Shown: positions 10,391-21,583 of the stretch, in pieces | Position numbering within the stretch: position 1 is the first letter of the stretch | Layout: each line of letters begins with the position of its first letter | Source: a virus | Lineage: Duplodnaviria; Heunggongvirae; Uroviricota; Caudoviricetes | IMG/VR virus record: IMGVR_UViG_2896589216_000002 | DNA: 34,924 nucleotides | Strand: one strand, 5' to 3' | Translations under genes and position numbers: made by a program | Notes under the pieces: generated by a model | Told to the model about the DNA's origin: nothing | The model's database searches: none | What the model saw: only the letters and a program-made list of their open reading frames with translations

Positions 10391-11068
10391 TTACCGGGAT
10401 CCCTGCGTGGTTGAGCCGCCGGACTCAACGCCGCCGTGAACGTGGTTTCCAAAATCAATACCCCCGATGTTCGAACCGCCGGAAAGCCTGGACTGCCCGG
10501 TAACGTCAAGCCCCTTACTGACGGCGGTATCGCCGTTCAGCGCAATTTGTGGTGAGTTAACGGTGAAGCTTTTCGGCGCATTAATCACCCCCTCAGGCGC
10601 GGATATCTCCACTTTCCAGGGAGATACAATCCGTATCTGGTTGTCATCAAATACCACAAACTGGACGGGATCACCGTTGAGCACGCCACCCAGCCAGATG
10701 GCATCAGCATAATTATGGGTACGCTTTGATCCCGGCATCGCAGCCTGACGCGTGGCTTTTACCGCACTGATATCCCGATCGCAGATGGCAAGAAAACCGA
10801 TATCCCCCACATGTGGCGGGATAATCACCGCATTACCGCCCCCCTGTAGTCGCCATACGGGAATGTTATAAATCACCTCATGTTCAACCGGGGAACCGTC
10901 TGCTGCAACGCCCATTACCATCGGTCGGGCCTCAATAAATCCCTCTTCCACGGCTACCACCCGTCCCAGAGTGATAAACGCATGACGTCCGAGAAACTGC
11001 CGCAGCATAAAGTCCTGTGCATTGATTTCGCTGTTCACGTCTGTCGGGTTACTGAGTGGTTGTGCCAT
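10391..11068 (-). CDS. baseplate spike / assembly protein V-like (Mu gp45-like), 225 aa
   Basis: C-terminal GNHVHGG motif; position upstream of W/J. Confidence 0.6.
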   Translation of the reverse strand: MAQPLSNPTDVNSEINAQDFMLRQFLGRHAFITLGRVVAVEEGFIEARPMVMGVAADGSPVEHEVIYNIPVWRLQGGGNAVIIPPHVGDIGFLAICDRDISAVKATRQAAMPGSKRTHNYADAIWLGGVLNGDPVQFVVFDDNQIRIVSPWKVEISAPEGVINAPKSFTVNSPQIALNGDTAVSKGLDVTGQSRLSGGSNIGGIDFGNHVHGGVESGGSTTQGSR

Positions 11069-11918
11069 TTTCTTCAGCCCTCATCATGGTACAGTTGGAA
11101 CTCCACGGACCGCCCACGGTTCGCGAAGTAATGGTGTGTATCACCCCTGTGATCGTATAATCGCCCGTCATATCAGGCAGTGACGATTCCAGATGCGCTG
11201 GCCTGCCAGTAAAGAGATCGGGGCAGAATATCGTGGTGGCGCTGAGTCCGGTCATGGTGTAAACCGGATAGCCAGTCAGTCCGTGATCCGGCGAAATCAG
11301 TACCGGCGGAATATTCCGGTTCTGCCCTTTCGGCCAGATGGTGACTTTCTCCACATTCCCCAGATCAATGTTAATATCGGCGGCTGAAGCGACATCCAGC
11401 ATTTGTTGTACAACATTACCGGAAAAATGCGGGTCAGACAGACTGCGGCTGACCCCCTGGTTTTCAAATCCAAGCCCGACAGTTGACGCCAGCGCACGGA
11501 TAATATCTGCAACCGCAACATCGCCCTTTGCGCTGAAATCTGCCGCCGGCTGATTACGCAGATTAAAATGAATCTGTCCTGTCAGAATGAGCGGAATATC
11601 CGGCGCCTGGTTGTAGTCGGCGTATGCATCAGTAATATCACCTTCAAAAATAAGCCGCCCGTCGGCCCACAGCCGCATTTTATTTGCGGTACTCTGCTCC
11701 TGTCGCCACACACCGCGCCAGCTTAAATTCGTCATATGCGCCGGTGACATTCCCCAGATATACAGCGTGATTTGTGTACCAGCCACCCCTCCATATACGG
11801 CAATACTGGCAAAACAGCTTGCGTCGGTAATGGTCAGCATATTGCCCTGGCCATTACCAAACGTTCGTCCGTCTGAAAGAGTGAACTCCACCGTTATTTT
11901 ACGTTGTCTGTAGCTCAT
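11049..11918 (-). CDS. phage tail protein, possible baseplate hub, 289 aa
   Basis: Position between tape measure and baseplate genes. Confidence 0.4.
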   Translation of the reverse strand: MSYRQRKITVEFTLSDGRTFGNGQGNMLTITDASCFASIAVYGGVAGTQITLYIWGMSPAHMTNLSWRGVWRQEQSTANKMRLWADGRLIFEGDITDAYADYNQAPDIPLILTGQIHFNLRNQPAADFSAKGDVAVADIIRALASTVGLGFENQGVSRSLSDPHFSGNVVQQMLDVASAADINIDLGNVEKVTIWPKGQNRNIPPVLISPDHGLTGYPVYTMTGLSATTIFCPDLFTGRPAHLESSLPDMTGDYTITGVIHTITSRTVGGPWSSNCTMMRAEENGTTTQ

Positions 11919-12217
11919 ATCAGTTCCTCAGGTAACAGCCAGTAGAGCCGGTACCGGGATCCGAGCCCCCGCCAGTCAGGGTCACTATTCCCCTCCGTGT
12001 CGGTAAAAAACAGATCCCCCTGAAACGGCAGGTATCCGTACCGGACAATCCGGTTATTATTCAGACACAGCACGCCATACAGGCACGGTTCACCATTAAC
12101 AATGATATCGATATACATCCCCGTAGTACGCTGATTCAGGCGAATGGTGCAGACCTGAGCGCCCAGTGTCACCGTAAACTGCTGGGCTTTAACGGGAGAT
12201 AAAACAATTTCCAGCAT
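11915..12217 (-). CDS. phage tail protein, 100 aa
   Basis: Translationally coupled within tail operon. Confidence 0.35.
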   Translation of the reverse strand: MLEIVLSPVKAQQFTVTLGAQVCTIRLNQRTTGMYIDIIVNGEPCLYGVLCLNNNRIVRYGYLPFQGDLFFTDTEGNSDPDWRGLGSRYRLYWLLPEELI

Positions 12218-12927
12218 CAGGTGATCCCCCTGTTCGTGGCGCTTCGTCTGTCAGCGTCTGACGGTTGTGTCTCCGACGCCGTAACTGGCTGCGTTTTAAC
12301 CGATGCGGCCCCTTTTGCTTTATCGTTGTCCGTGGGAGACGACTTATCCGTACTTCCCACTGACACCTCTCCTGTATTCATTACGGTCTGAAATACCGCA
12401 GTAACCGTCAGTAAGGTCGGACCATTATTACTTCGCATTCGGTAGTCATATTTCACAAGGTCGCAGGATGTCCATGTCTTGTCCGGCGTCTCAATATCGT
12501 AGAGTCCTGCCGTGGTACGCATCCTTTCAAGCGTTTCCAGCACATTCGTCCGCGAGGTGGTGGAAAAATTTGTCAGGTTCGGGACGGATCCGGAAAAGGC
12601 CGTCCACCCCTCTACAGTGAAAGTCACATGCAGTTCCGGCGATCTCTGGATTTTATTAAAGGTGGTATAAGCCCCCTGCTCCACGGGGACGGTGGAAACA
12701 GAAGCCTCCGCGCCCACCTCAACGACAACAAAAGAATCCGGGGAGAAAGGTTTGCCACCCTTCTGATGGGCACCTGCCGGATCATTCCGTGCGTAATAAA
12801 TACCGAATGACGGTGCCAGTACACTATTAATGAGTCCCAGGACACAGCCGCCACGAACTGCACTCAGTACGTTACTTTCACTGAGCGAAAAGTTATTCAG
12901 GGAAATATTATCGAAAGAAAAACTCAT
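12217..12927 (-). CDS. phage tail protein, 236 aa, directly downstream of tape measure
   Basis: Operon position; overlapping stop/start. Confidence 0.4.
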   Translation of the reverse strand: MSFSFDNISLNNFSLSESNVLSAVRGGCVLGLINSVLAPSFGIYYARNDPAGAHQKGGKPFSPDSFVVVEVGAEASVSTVPVEQGAYTTFNKIQRSPELHVTFTVEGWTAFSGSVPNLTNFSTTSRTNVLETLERMRTTAGLYDIETPDKTWTSCDLVKYDYRMRSNNGPTLLTVTAVFQTVMNTGEVSVGSTDKSSPTDNDKAKGAASVKTQPVTASETQPSDADRRSATNRGIT

Positions 12928-14944
12928 CCTGTTACCCCGCTGGAATAAACCGACACAAGCGCCGAATTCGTGATACGCCGACGTGCGTCATCGGTAATAC
13001 CCTTCACATTGTCCGACGTTGTGGTGACATTCAGTGTCCCGATATGCGTGGTTTCCGTTACGGTGGACTGCGATACAGGCGCAGGATGGAGCGACCGTAT
13101 GGCCATTGCCGCACCCGGATAAGGCAGGTTCGCCAGCACCCGCGGAATATAGTTGCGGGTCTCCTCCGGAGCAGCAGCCAGTCCCTTACGCTGAACATTT
13201 CCCTCTCCACAGTTATATGCCGCCAGAGCCTTAGCCAGATCGCCATGAAAAAAACGTATCAGGCCACCAAGTTTTCTCGCGGCGGCATCAGCGGCTTTTT
13301 CGGGATCAAAGGCATCGTTCCCCCTCAGACCAAATTCACTGGCCGTCTTCGGCATGAACTGAAACAGTCCCATCGCACCAGCAGGTGAGACGGCAAACTG
13401 ATTACCACGGGATTCGGTGATCGCAACGCTGCGCAGCAGTCCGGGCGGCAGGTTATATTTTTCCTCCAGTTGAGACAGTTTCGGTTGCAGCCAGCCTAAC
13501 AGGGCTTCCCCGGTCTTCGTCGGTCGCTGGCGGTTTTGCATGGCATTACCGAGTTTTTCCTGCGTCGCACGCATACCCTGTAGCCAGGATTCACCGAAGG
13601 CTGCTTCCCTCCCGGTTGCCTGAGAAGCCTGAGTATCCAGCATGCCCTGCTGCCATACTGTGGGTGATTGTGCCCGGGTGATGTTGCCAGGCTTTTCTCC
13701 GGCATCCAGTTTTGTCTGATACGTCTCCATCTCTTTCTTATTGAAAAAGAAAGTCCCGTCTGAAGCCCAGAAAAAACCATGTGAATCCAGCCAGTCCTTA
13801 TTTTCCCTGCCAACAATGGATGTCAGTAATCCGTCAACAACCGGGTAAAGCGCCGTTATCGCAAAAAGAAGGCCTCCGGGGCCACTGAGGGCTTTTGTCA
13901 GCCCCCGCACCCATGACGCCACTTTCAGCCCGATCAGCGTAATAATGACATTCTGCCAGCCCCCCAGTTCTCCGGCAGCCTTATTCGCTAGGGAGGCCAC
14001 TGACTCAACGTCATTCAGAAATGTGGTGATAAACCTGTTCACTTCCTCCGGATGTTGCTGCATCCAGTCACCGAGTGTCTCCAGCCAGTGGCTGAGCTTC
14101 AGCGCGTACGGCATCAACGCGGTGCTAATCGTCATCCCGATGCCGGACCAGGTCTGATCGAGCTCAACAAGCTCTTTTCGTAGCTTACGGGCCAGCGCTG
14201 TACGCCCCGGCGTAACCTGCGAACGGGAAGTAAATTCGTCCACATCTTTCAGCGCATGACCGGAGCCAAGAAACTGCTGTCCGGCATAACTGAAGCCCAG
14301 CGCGTTGCCGTAGGCAGTTTGTTCGGACTTTGTCAGTCGCGGAAAAATAACCGCCAGCTTGCGCATGATGGCTTCAGTGCTGTCAGTATTTAAATCAACA
14401 CTAATGCCCGCCCTGGCTGCAACCTGAAACAAATCCTGTAACACAGGATCAAAGGACCTTCCGGCTCTGAAGGCCGCTTTTGCATTTGCAAGCCGGGAAA
14501 ATGCCCCAGACATTTCCCCTTCATCAACATTATTTGCCCGCGCAGCCCGTAACCATCCGTCCAGATTTCTGGCCTTCATGCCAAAAGCATCGGATTCCAC
14601 GGACAGACGGTTCAGATCACGGGCAAAACCTGTTACCAGGTTCTTCAGCCCCCCAGCGTCAGACTGACACCCGCAAGAGCCAGAATCTCGCTACGGATTC
14701 CTGAAAAAAAACGGGACGCCCGTTTCCCGGCATCTTCCATTCGACGGGCCGTTTTATCAGCATCTTTTCCGGTTTTTTCCAGTGATTCACTGGTTTTCTT
14801 CTGTCCCTGACTGAATGTGTCAGCGACACCTTCCATCACCGTCGTGAGCCGGTTAAGGGCAGCATGTACTGCCTGTTCCCCGGCAGTAAAGTCCCTGTCA
14901 TCAATCCCGAGGGACAGAACAAGCTCATCAAGTACCTGCGCCAT
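12924..14944 (-). CDS. tail tape measure protein with C-terminal lytic transglycosylase (SLT) domain; N-terminal 99 aa and main 558 aa separated by a frameshift in a C6 tract
   Basis: SLT motif (ITESRGNQFAVSPAGAMGLFQFMP...AYNCGEGNV); adding one G to the run at 14649-14654 fuses the frames as ...SLTLGGLKNLVTGFARDLNRLSVESDAF... Confidence 0.7.
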
Positions 14945-15180
14945 TTCTGTTCTCCTGTATCACCTGTTCGTTATGGGCATCCACATGAATTATTTCCAGC
15001 AGATCCCATAAGTCCTGCACACCAAGGACAGAATCCAGTTCAGCTTTTGAAGCCTTACCGGAGGAGATAACGGTCGCAATGGTACGGGGAACATTAACGT
15101 AATCCACCACCCCGAACGGTCTGTCGGGGTCGAGATAACGCGGGGGATATCTAGCTGACGACGGTAGCGAAAAAATCCAC
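14928..15180 (-). CDS. candidate frameshift extension of tail chaperone (+1 frame relative to 15151-15555)
   Basis: Protein-like +1 frame (...PRYLDPDRPFGVVDYVNVPRTIATVISSGKASKAELDSVLGVQDLWDLLEIIHVD...) opens at the T6C run and ends overlapping the tape measure start. Confidence 0.4.
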
Positions 15181-15555
15181 ATGCAGCTTAAAGACCTCCG
15201 CACGCAGATTAAGACGGGTAATGATTTCTTCAATATCCTCTTCAACAAGCGGTCTCCGGATGCTGCGTTTTTTCGGATCGGGAACAAACTGCACACAGTC
15301 CATCATTTCATCCATCAACGGACGCGCCTCATCAGGCGGAATTTTCGATAATGCTTTCAGCCCTTCAAGGGCAAGCGCAGCCATCCCCAGACTACGAACA
15401 TCATCCGGTAACTCCACGCCACCACGCCCCATTGCCATAATGGCACGCATCGCCCACCATTCCGCCTGTGAGGCAGACATTTCGGTAAGATGAAATACCT
15501 TGCCCTTATCCCGTCCCTGACCTTCAATAGTGATAAATTTCTCTTTACGGGCCAT
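15151..15555 (-). CDS. tail assembly chaperone, 134 aa
   Basis: Directly upstream of tape measure; ends at slippery run GAT TTT TTC. Confidence 0.5.
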   Translation of the reverse strand: MARKEKFITIEGQGRDKGKVFHLTEMSASQAEWWAMRAIMAMGRGGVELPDDVRSLGMAALALEGLKALSKIPPDEARPLMDEMMDCVQFVPDPKKRSIRRPLVEEDIEEIITRLNLRAEVFKLHVDFFATVVS

Positions 15556-15893
15556 CAGTTAAAAACCTCCGGAGTAATGGTTTCCCACTCAATAACCGCC
15601 TGCCCTGGCTGCAACGTACGAGCTGCATCAGGCAGCGCTTTCCATTGTTTGAGTACGCCATTCACGCAGGTATATTTACGGCCAATCGCCGGAAGCAGGA
15701 CGACAGCGTTACAACGGAATACAGCCCGACTGGCCCGGATGTGGTTGACCAGGTATCAAAAATATCCCGGCTGGGGGAATCCGGCATGATATGAAACGTC
15801 TGGATAATGTTGCTGTACACAAATCCCGCGGACAGTTTGGTAATGCTGCCAACTTACTGATTTAGTGTATGATGGTGATTTTAAGGTGCTTGC

Positions 15894-16169
15894 GTGGCTT
15901 CCATTTCCATCAGATGTCCTTCCTGCTCCGCTACTGAAGGCGTGGTGCGTAACGGCAAAAGCACTGCCGGACATCAGCGCTATCTCTGCTCTCATTGCCG
16001 TAAAACATGGCAACTACAGTTCACTTACACCGCCTCTCAGCCCGGTACGCACCAGAAAATCATTGATATGGCCATGAATGGCGTCGGATGTCGCGCCAGT
16101 GCACGCATTATGGGCGTTGACCTCAACACGGTTTTCCGTCACTTAAAAAACTCAGGCCGCAGTCGGTAA
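15894..16169 (+). CDS. insA: IS1 InsA
   Basis: 91-aa InsA. Confidence 0.9.
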   Translation: MASISIRCPSCSATEGVVRNGKSTAGHQRYLCSHCRKTWQLQFTYTASQPGTHQKIIDMAMNGVGCRASARIMGVDLNTVFRHLKNSGRSR

Positions 16170-16195
16170 CCTCGCGCATACAACCGGGCAGTGAT

Positions 16196-16591
16196 GTGAT
16201 TGTCTGCGCTGAAATGGACGAACAGTGGGGCTACGTCGGTGCTAAATCACGTCAGCGCTGGCTGTTTTACGCGTATGACAGGATACGGAGGACGGTTGTG
16301 GCGCACGTCTTCGGTGAACGCACTCTGGCCACACTGGAGCGTCTTCTGAGCCTGCTGTCGGCCTTTGAGGTCGTGGTATGGATGACGGATGGCTGGCCGC
16401 TGTATGAATCACGCCTGAAGGGAAAGCTGCACGTTATCAGCAAGCGTTACACTCAGCGCATTGAGCGACATAATCTGAATCTGAGACAACATCTGGCAAG
16501 GCTGGGACGGAAGTCACTGTCGTTCTCAAAATCGGTGGAGCTGCATGACAAGGTCATCGGGCATTATCTGAACATAAAACACTATCAGTAA
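16196..16591 (+). CDS. insB: IS1 InsB
   Basis: InsB frame. Confidence 0.9.
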   Translation: MIVCAEMDEQWGYVGAKSRQRWLFYAYDRIRRTVVAHVFGERTLATLERLLSLLSAFEVVVWMTDGWPLYESRLKGKLHVISKRYTQRIERHNLNLRQHLARLGRKSLSFSKSVELHDKVIGHYLNIKHYQ

Positions 16592-17955
16592 GTTGGAGTC
16601 ATTACCGACAGTTTACCGTCAATACCGCGGGCAGTTTCCGCCAGTACCAGTGGATCGGTGCCATAAACGTTATCTGTTGCAAATCCCTGAAGTCGTACGC
16701 CGGAGGGATACAGATTATTCACTGTCAGCGTGATAATGGCATCCGCCGCAGTGATGGTGTTGTTGTTACCCGACATTTACTGGACCTCCGTGGATGCAAT
16801 AACAAGTTTCTGGATACTACCGCCGTCACAGTACCAGAGCGTACAGGACGGACTGCTACGGGTTGCCCGCAAAGAGGGAAGCATATCGCCGATATACAGG
16901 TAATAGCCGGTGGCAAACAACGTTGAAGAAACATCTGCCTCCACAACATTGTTAATCTGTTTCTTCTGCGCCTCCGTCAGTGTCACCCCTTCACGGATCC
17001 CTCCCAGCGTTTGTACTGCTGGATAACGTCACTCATTGACGCTGCAACCAGCGCCCGCCCTTCATTGTTGTAGGGGACCGTCTGGTTTGACTTGAATAAT
17101 GCGATCACCGCCCCTGCAAACTGGCATTCAGCCAGATTTGCCCGCAGAAACTGTCCAGCCATTTAAAATCACCGGTAATAGTGCCATCCGCCCAGTAATC
17201 TTCCACCACACTGTTTTCCGCATATTTTCCGTAGAAATTGTAACCTGCGGCGATCAGCGCATCATAATCGCTGCCACTGGTAACATCAGCGGCCAGCCCC
17301 TCATACTCGCGGAACTTGAATGATACACGCCCCTCTGGTCGGATAAAATCAAGGCACGCTGCATACCCCAGTACCGCTGCAGCCCGGTTACCATCAGTCG
17401 CGAAAACAGGTACAACAGAGCTGTAGTTATTGACAGCAATTATCTGGTAAGCGATGTGTTCAGTACTGCCTTTTACTCTGGCGTTGCCGCTGGTTGTCCA
17501 TGCCACATAAAAGTAACGCTTGCCCTGCCCGTTTGCCCATGCAGAAAACGCCAGGTGTTGCTCGTCAGTGACCTCAGATACCGTGGAAAAACCCGCCCAT
17601 TGCTGGGAAGCGGCCTTAATGGCTGCCATTGTGTCAGGGACATCAGATACAGGCGCGCCCCGGGATATCACCGCACCGGTGTTACTGGTCATCTTCAGGA
17701 GTTCTGCTGCCGATCCACTGCCGAACGTTATCGTGGTACTCCCGGGTTTCGCCCCGGCGACAGTAATGACAAAAGCATTCTGTGTGGTATCGAATACCAC
17801 TGTAGCCACTGCTGCGGTCAGCGCTGTCTGTAGTGCCGTTGCAGCAGCGGCGAAGCTGGCGACACCGTTAAAATTCACTTCAATGCTGACGCTTTTCCCG
17901 TTAATACTCAGCATCAGCGTAAGCGTGCAGCAAGAACCGTATTGACGGGGATGTG

Positions 17956-19493
17956 TTATTCAGTCGGCAGTGCTACGCGCCAGGGGAGCAGTTCGCCGAC
18001 CCGGTTTATCGGCCAGTCGGCTATGACGTCAAGTACATAGCGGAGGTAGCTTTCTGGCTCCACTCCGTTCAGTTTGCACGTCCCGATCAGGCTGTACAGC
18101 AGCGCTCCCCGCTCTCCTCCATGATCCGAACCGAAGAACAGGTAGTTTTTGCGGCCCAGACTGACCATCCGCAACGCATTTTCAGCGATGTTATTGTCCG
18201 CCTCAGCCCAGCCATCATCTGCATAGTACGTCAGCGCCGGCCACTGGTTCAGGGCGTATGCGAACGCTTTCGCCAGTTCTGAGTGTCGCGACAGGGTTTT
18301 CATCTTTTCACGCAGCCAGCTTTCCAGGGATTTCATCAGCGGTTTCGTTTTCAACTGACGTTCGGCAAGGCGCTGCTCCGCCGTCATTCCCCTTATCTCT
18401 GCCTCGATGGCGTACAGTTCGCCGATCCGTTTCAGCGCTTCCTCCGTCAGGGCTGACGGGGTGCGAACGTGCACATCGTGGATTTTACGGCGGGCGTGAG
18501 CCCAACAGGCGGCTTCCGTTATCCGGCCATCCCGGTACAGCTCGTTGAACCCGGCGTATGCATCCGCCTGCAGTACACCACTGAACCACGCAAGATGGGT
18601 CTGCGGATGGATGCCTTTTCTGTCCGGGCTGTAAGCGAACCACACCGCCGGCGCCAGCGTTGACCCGGCGTTACGGTCGTCACGAACGTAGGTCCATAAC
18701 CGCCCGGTCTTCGTTTTCTTATTGCCTGGCAACAGCACCGGGACAGGCGTGTCATCGCATGGAGCTTACCGTCAGTCAGCACATAGTCCTGAAGCGCTTC
18801 TTCCAGCGGTGACAGTAGCCGGCAGCATGCATCCACCCAGCCCGACAGCAGTGAACGACTCAGCTCCACGCCCTGGCGGCCGTACATTTCAGACTGGCGG
18901 TACAGCGGGGTGTGCTCTGCATACTTTGAGATCAGCACGCGGGCCAGCAGCCCCGGTCCTGCGATACCCCGCTCGATGGGCCGTGAAGGCGCGGGGGCCT
19001 GCACGATGGCATTGCACTGAGTACAGGCATGCTTTTCACGTACAGTCCGGATAACCCGGAAGACGCTGCGCATCAACTCCAGCTGTTCGGCGGCATCCTC
19101 ACCCGGATAGCTCAGTGAGCCTCCACATTCCGGGCAGCATGACGCTGCCGGCAGCAGCCGTTTTTCATCGCGGGGGAGTGATTCGGGGAACGGTTTGCGG
19201 GTGCGGGTTTGACGCAGCGGGCGCTGCACGGCCGGGTCGTCAACCCGACCGGTAAGGGTATCACTTTCTTTCTGAAGTGCCTTCAGGTCAGCTTCCATCT
19301 GTGCGATACGACGGGAGACTTTTTCGGAGCGGCTGCCGAAGTTCATCCGGCGCAGCTTATCCAGCTGTGCCTGCAGATGGTCTATTTCGCGTTCACGCTC
19401 GTTCAGCTTTTCCAGCAGGGCACGGTTCAGCGCCTCCTGTTCGGCAAGGAGACGTTTCAGTGCATTGATATCGTCAGGAAGTGAGCTGCTCAT
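17956..19493 (-). pseudogene. tnpC: IS66 tnpC with 1-nt deletion (copy 2)
   Basis: gtcatcgcatgg near 18755-18760 versus gtcatcagcatgg in copy 3; ORF splits into 324 + 260 aa. Confidence 0.85.
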
Positions 19494-19541
19494 ACCGGGT
19501 ATATTACCAGGCTCATTCAGCGTCGACCAGGATAAAGAGGC

Positions 19542-19889
19542 TTACAACATAGTCAGGGACGTAAGCAGTCTTTTAGGCTGCCGCCAGTCGATACCTTCAA
19601 GGAGCATCGCCAGCTGTGCCGGTGTGAGGAACACTTTGCCATCCCGGGCTGACGGCCAGGCGAAGCGGCCGCGCTCCAGCCGTTTGGTCAGCAGACACAG
19701 TCCATCGCCGGTAGACCAGAGGAGCTTTACCTGACTGCCATTACGCCCACGGAAGATAAAAACGTGACCTGACATCGGATCGTCTTTCAGCGTCGTCTGC
19801 ACCTTTGCCGCCAGGCCGTTGAAGCCATTTCTCATATCGGTGATACCGGCAACCAGCCAAATTTTGGTCCCGGAAGGTAACGGGATCAT
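19542..19889 (-). CDS. tnpB: IS66 TnpB (copy 2)
   Basis: Identical to copies 1 and 3. Confidence 0.85.
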   Translation of the reverse strand: MIPLPSGTKIWLVAGITDMRNGFNGLAAKVQTTLKDDPMSGHVFIFRGRNGSQVKLLWSTGDGLCLLTKRLERGRFAWPSARDGKVFLTPAQLAMLLEGIDWRQPKRLLTSLTML

Positions 19890-20287
19890 CGCTTCAGTTC
19901 CTGTATCAGCAGAGTCAGGAGCTTTTCGCTGACATTGCCATTAAAGCGGAGCGTCCCGTGCCGGAACGTTACCTCACAGCTGATACTGAGGGTTTCCGGA
20001 TCCTCTGCGAGCGATTCTGGCTGTTCGGCAGCTGCATCGAGAGTCACAGGAAGTAGCTGGGGGCTCTCTGAAGAAGGTAATAGCAGCTTTCCCTCGCGCC
20101 ATTGTTGTCGCCATTTGAACAACAGATTGGCGTTAATGCCATTTTCAAGAGCAAGTTTTGAGATGGATATCCCGGGTTCACAGGAGGCAGCAACGAGCTG
20201 CTGTTTAAATTCGGGAGGATAATTAGGGCAGCCTTTTCGCCTGCCGGGATTCACATTTTTCTGCATATCTGACACTTTGGTTCCCAC
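19886..20287 (-). CDS. tnpA: IS66 TnpA (copy 2)
   Basis: 133-aa full-length. Confidence 0.85.
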   Translation of the reverse strand: MGTKVSDMQKNVNPGRRKGCPNYPPEFKQQLVAASCEPGISISKLALENGINANLLFKWRQQWREGKLLLPSSESPQLLPVTLDAAAEQPESLAEDPETLSISCEVTFRHGTLRFNGNVSEKLLTLLIQELKR

Positions 20288-20687
20288 TACTTATTTGGTG
20301 GACACCACTTTGTCTAATTCGTCAGATTCTGACCAGACGGTTCAGGCTGTACGCTTACGCATCAGCGTGCCGGAAAGTTTTTGTAGCTGTTCAACAGTCG
20401 CGCCCTTAAACGAACCGCTACGTAACCAGGCCGCCGATGGGGCAGGACTGAAACGGGAAAACAACAATTGCCCCGGCGTCCTGGTGGCATTTTTGAAGCC
20501 CTGGAAATAAAGCTGAGCGCGTGCGTACTCATCGGATAATGCACCAAAATACGCGGCCACATCATCCGGAGAGGAAAACGGAACCACAGTGCCGACCGGA
20601 AGTAACGGATTACTGGTCAACAGCAGGCCGTTAAGATCGACGGCATTACCCGCCACAGCCAGCACACCGGGATTTATCTGTACATCT

Positions 20688-21233
20688 TTACTGAGTGGAA
20701 TTGGCATTATCAGCCTCCGTTGTCCGGGTGATCACGTTGTCAAAAAACATCAGGGAAGTTGTGACCACAGGGTTAATCTGCATCTGAATATCAAGCGTCC
20801 AGCGCGGTTCATACTGTTGCTGACCGTTGGGGAATGTGGTGTTAAAGGGCTCTGAGCAATACAGCGGGGAAATCAGCCCACCGCCCTGCCGGAAAAGCCG
20901 TACGGAAAATTCAGACCGGAAAAGCGTTGCCAGCACCTGAGCGTTATCTGCCGCGTGAGGGCCGTAGAAATCAAGCTGGCAACGCCATTTTGTGGTACGG
21001 GTGATATGCTGAGAGCCCTCACCAGCCTGCGCTGGCGCAGAATATGCCACTACCGCAGTGGATAATCCGGTAACATCAATGCCCGTCATGGTGATGAAAT
21101 TCCCCTGAGGCATCGGGACCTGGTTCTGCTGCGTTCGTTCAATCCCGGCATCAGAAAAAAGCCCCCGGTGATAATCACCGAGGGCCTGATAAAGAGCGCT
21201 TTCCGTAACGGAGAGGGTCACACCTGAAGGCAT
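20688..21233 (-). CDS. phage virion protein immediately upstream of sheath, 181 aa
   Basis: Tight operon; position of tail terminator/completion proteins. Confidence 0.4.
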   Translation of the reverse strand: MPSGVTLSVTESALYQALGDYHRGLFSDAGIERTQQNQVPMPQGNFITMTGIDVTGLSTAVVAYSAPAQAGEGSQHITRTTKWRCQLDFYGPHAADNAQVLATLFRSEFSVRLFRQGGGLISPLYCSEPFNTTFPNGQQQYEPRWTLDIQMQINPVVTTSLMFFDNVITRTTEADNANSTQ

Positions 21234-21583
21234 ACAATAACCCTCGTCCAGTCAGGCCAGATTTCCAGTACCTCAATCACCAGCCACGTTTCATCGCCAA
21301 TAACAAATTTATCGCCTCCCTGTTGCCGGGCACGGTTAAGCCCGCACCAGTTACCATCGGTATACAATGTGGCGAAAACTCCCTGCTGGTTAAGATTATC
21401 AAGATGACGTAAATCAGCCTGGGTGACAGCCTGCTTTTGCCCCCTGACGGAAACCGGATCTTCATACTCAGGTACGCGGGAATAATCTGCCTGCTGTGTA
21501 CTCCCGCGGGAACGATAAACCAGCGCGTCTGTAAAGGGATTTACCCGACGTACTGCGCCGGAAACAATACCGTGAAAGTTCAT
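21218..21583 (-). CDS. phage head-tail joining protein, 121 aa
   Basis: Overlapping coupled ORF in structural operon. Confidence 0.4.
   Translation of the reverse strand: MNFHGIVSGAVRRVNPFTDALVYRSRGSTQQADYSRVPEYEDPVSVRGQKQAVTQADLRHLDNLNQQGVFATLYTDGNWCGLNRARQQGGDKFVIGDETWLVIEVLEIWPDWTRVIVCLQV

Larger units (their letters stand above)
15839..16606 (+). mobile_element. IS1 copy 2, 768 bp, 8-bp target duplication gacagttt (15831-15838 and 16607-16614)
   Basis: IRs ggtaatgctgccaacttactgat / ...gtcattacc; A6C slippery site at 16145-16151. Confidence 0.95.
15663..16779 (-). pseudogene. tail tube protein (~117 aa) interrupted by IS1
   Basis: Segments 16607-16779 and 15663-15838 join in frame across one copy of the 8-bp TSD (...RGIDGKLSAGFVYSNIIQ...); ATG overlaps sheath stop. 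Confidence 0.5.
17919..20358 (-). mobile_element. IS66-family copy 2, 2440 bp, 8-bp target duplication gcatcagc (17911-17918 and 20359-20366)
   Basis: Both termini present; flanks identical. Confidence 0.95.
16777..20707 (-). pseudogene. Mu-like tail sheath protein interrupted by IS66 copy 2; C-terminal ~110 codons in two shifted frames
   Basis: 20359-20707 and 17105-17918 join in frame (...[18 protein letters not shown]...) across one copy of the 8-bp TSD; frame changes at C4 tracts 17111-17114 and 16986-16989. Confidence 0.65.

Noticed and set aside
4462-16606. IS1 copies 1 and 2 acting as a composite transposon carrying the tail genes
   Set aside because: Each copy has its own distinct target duplication (caggaactt; gacagttt) and each interrupts a separate gene, so they are independent insertions.
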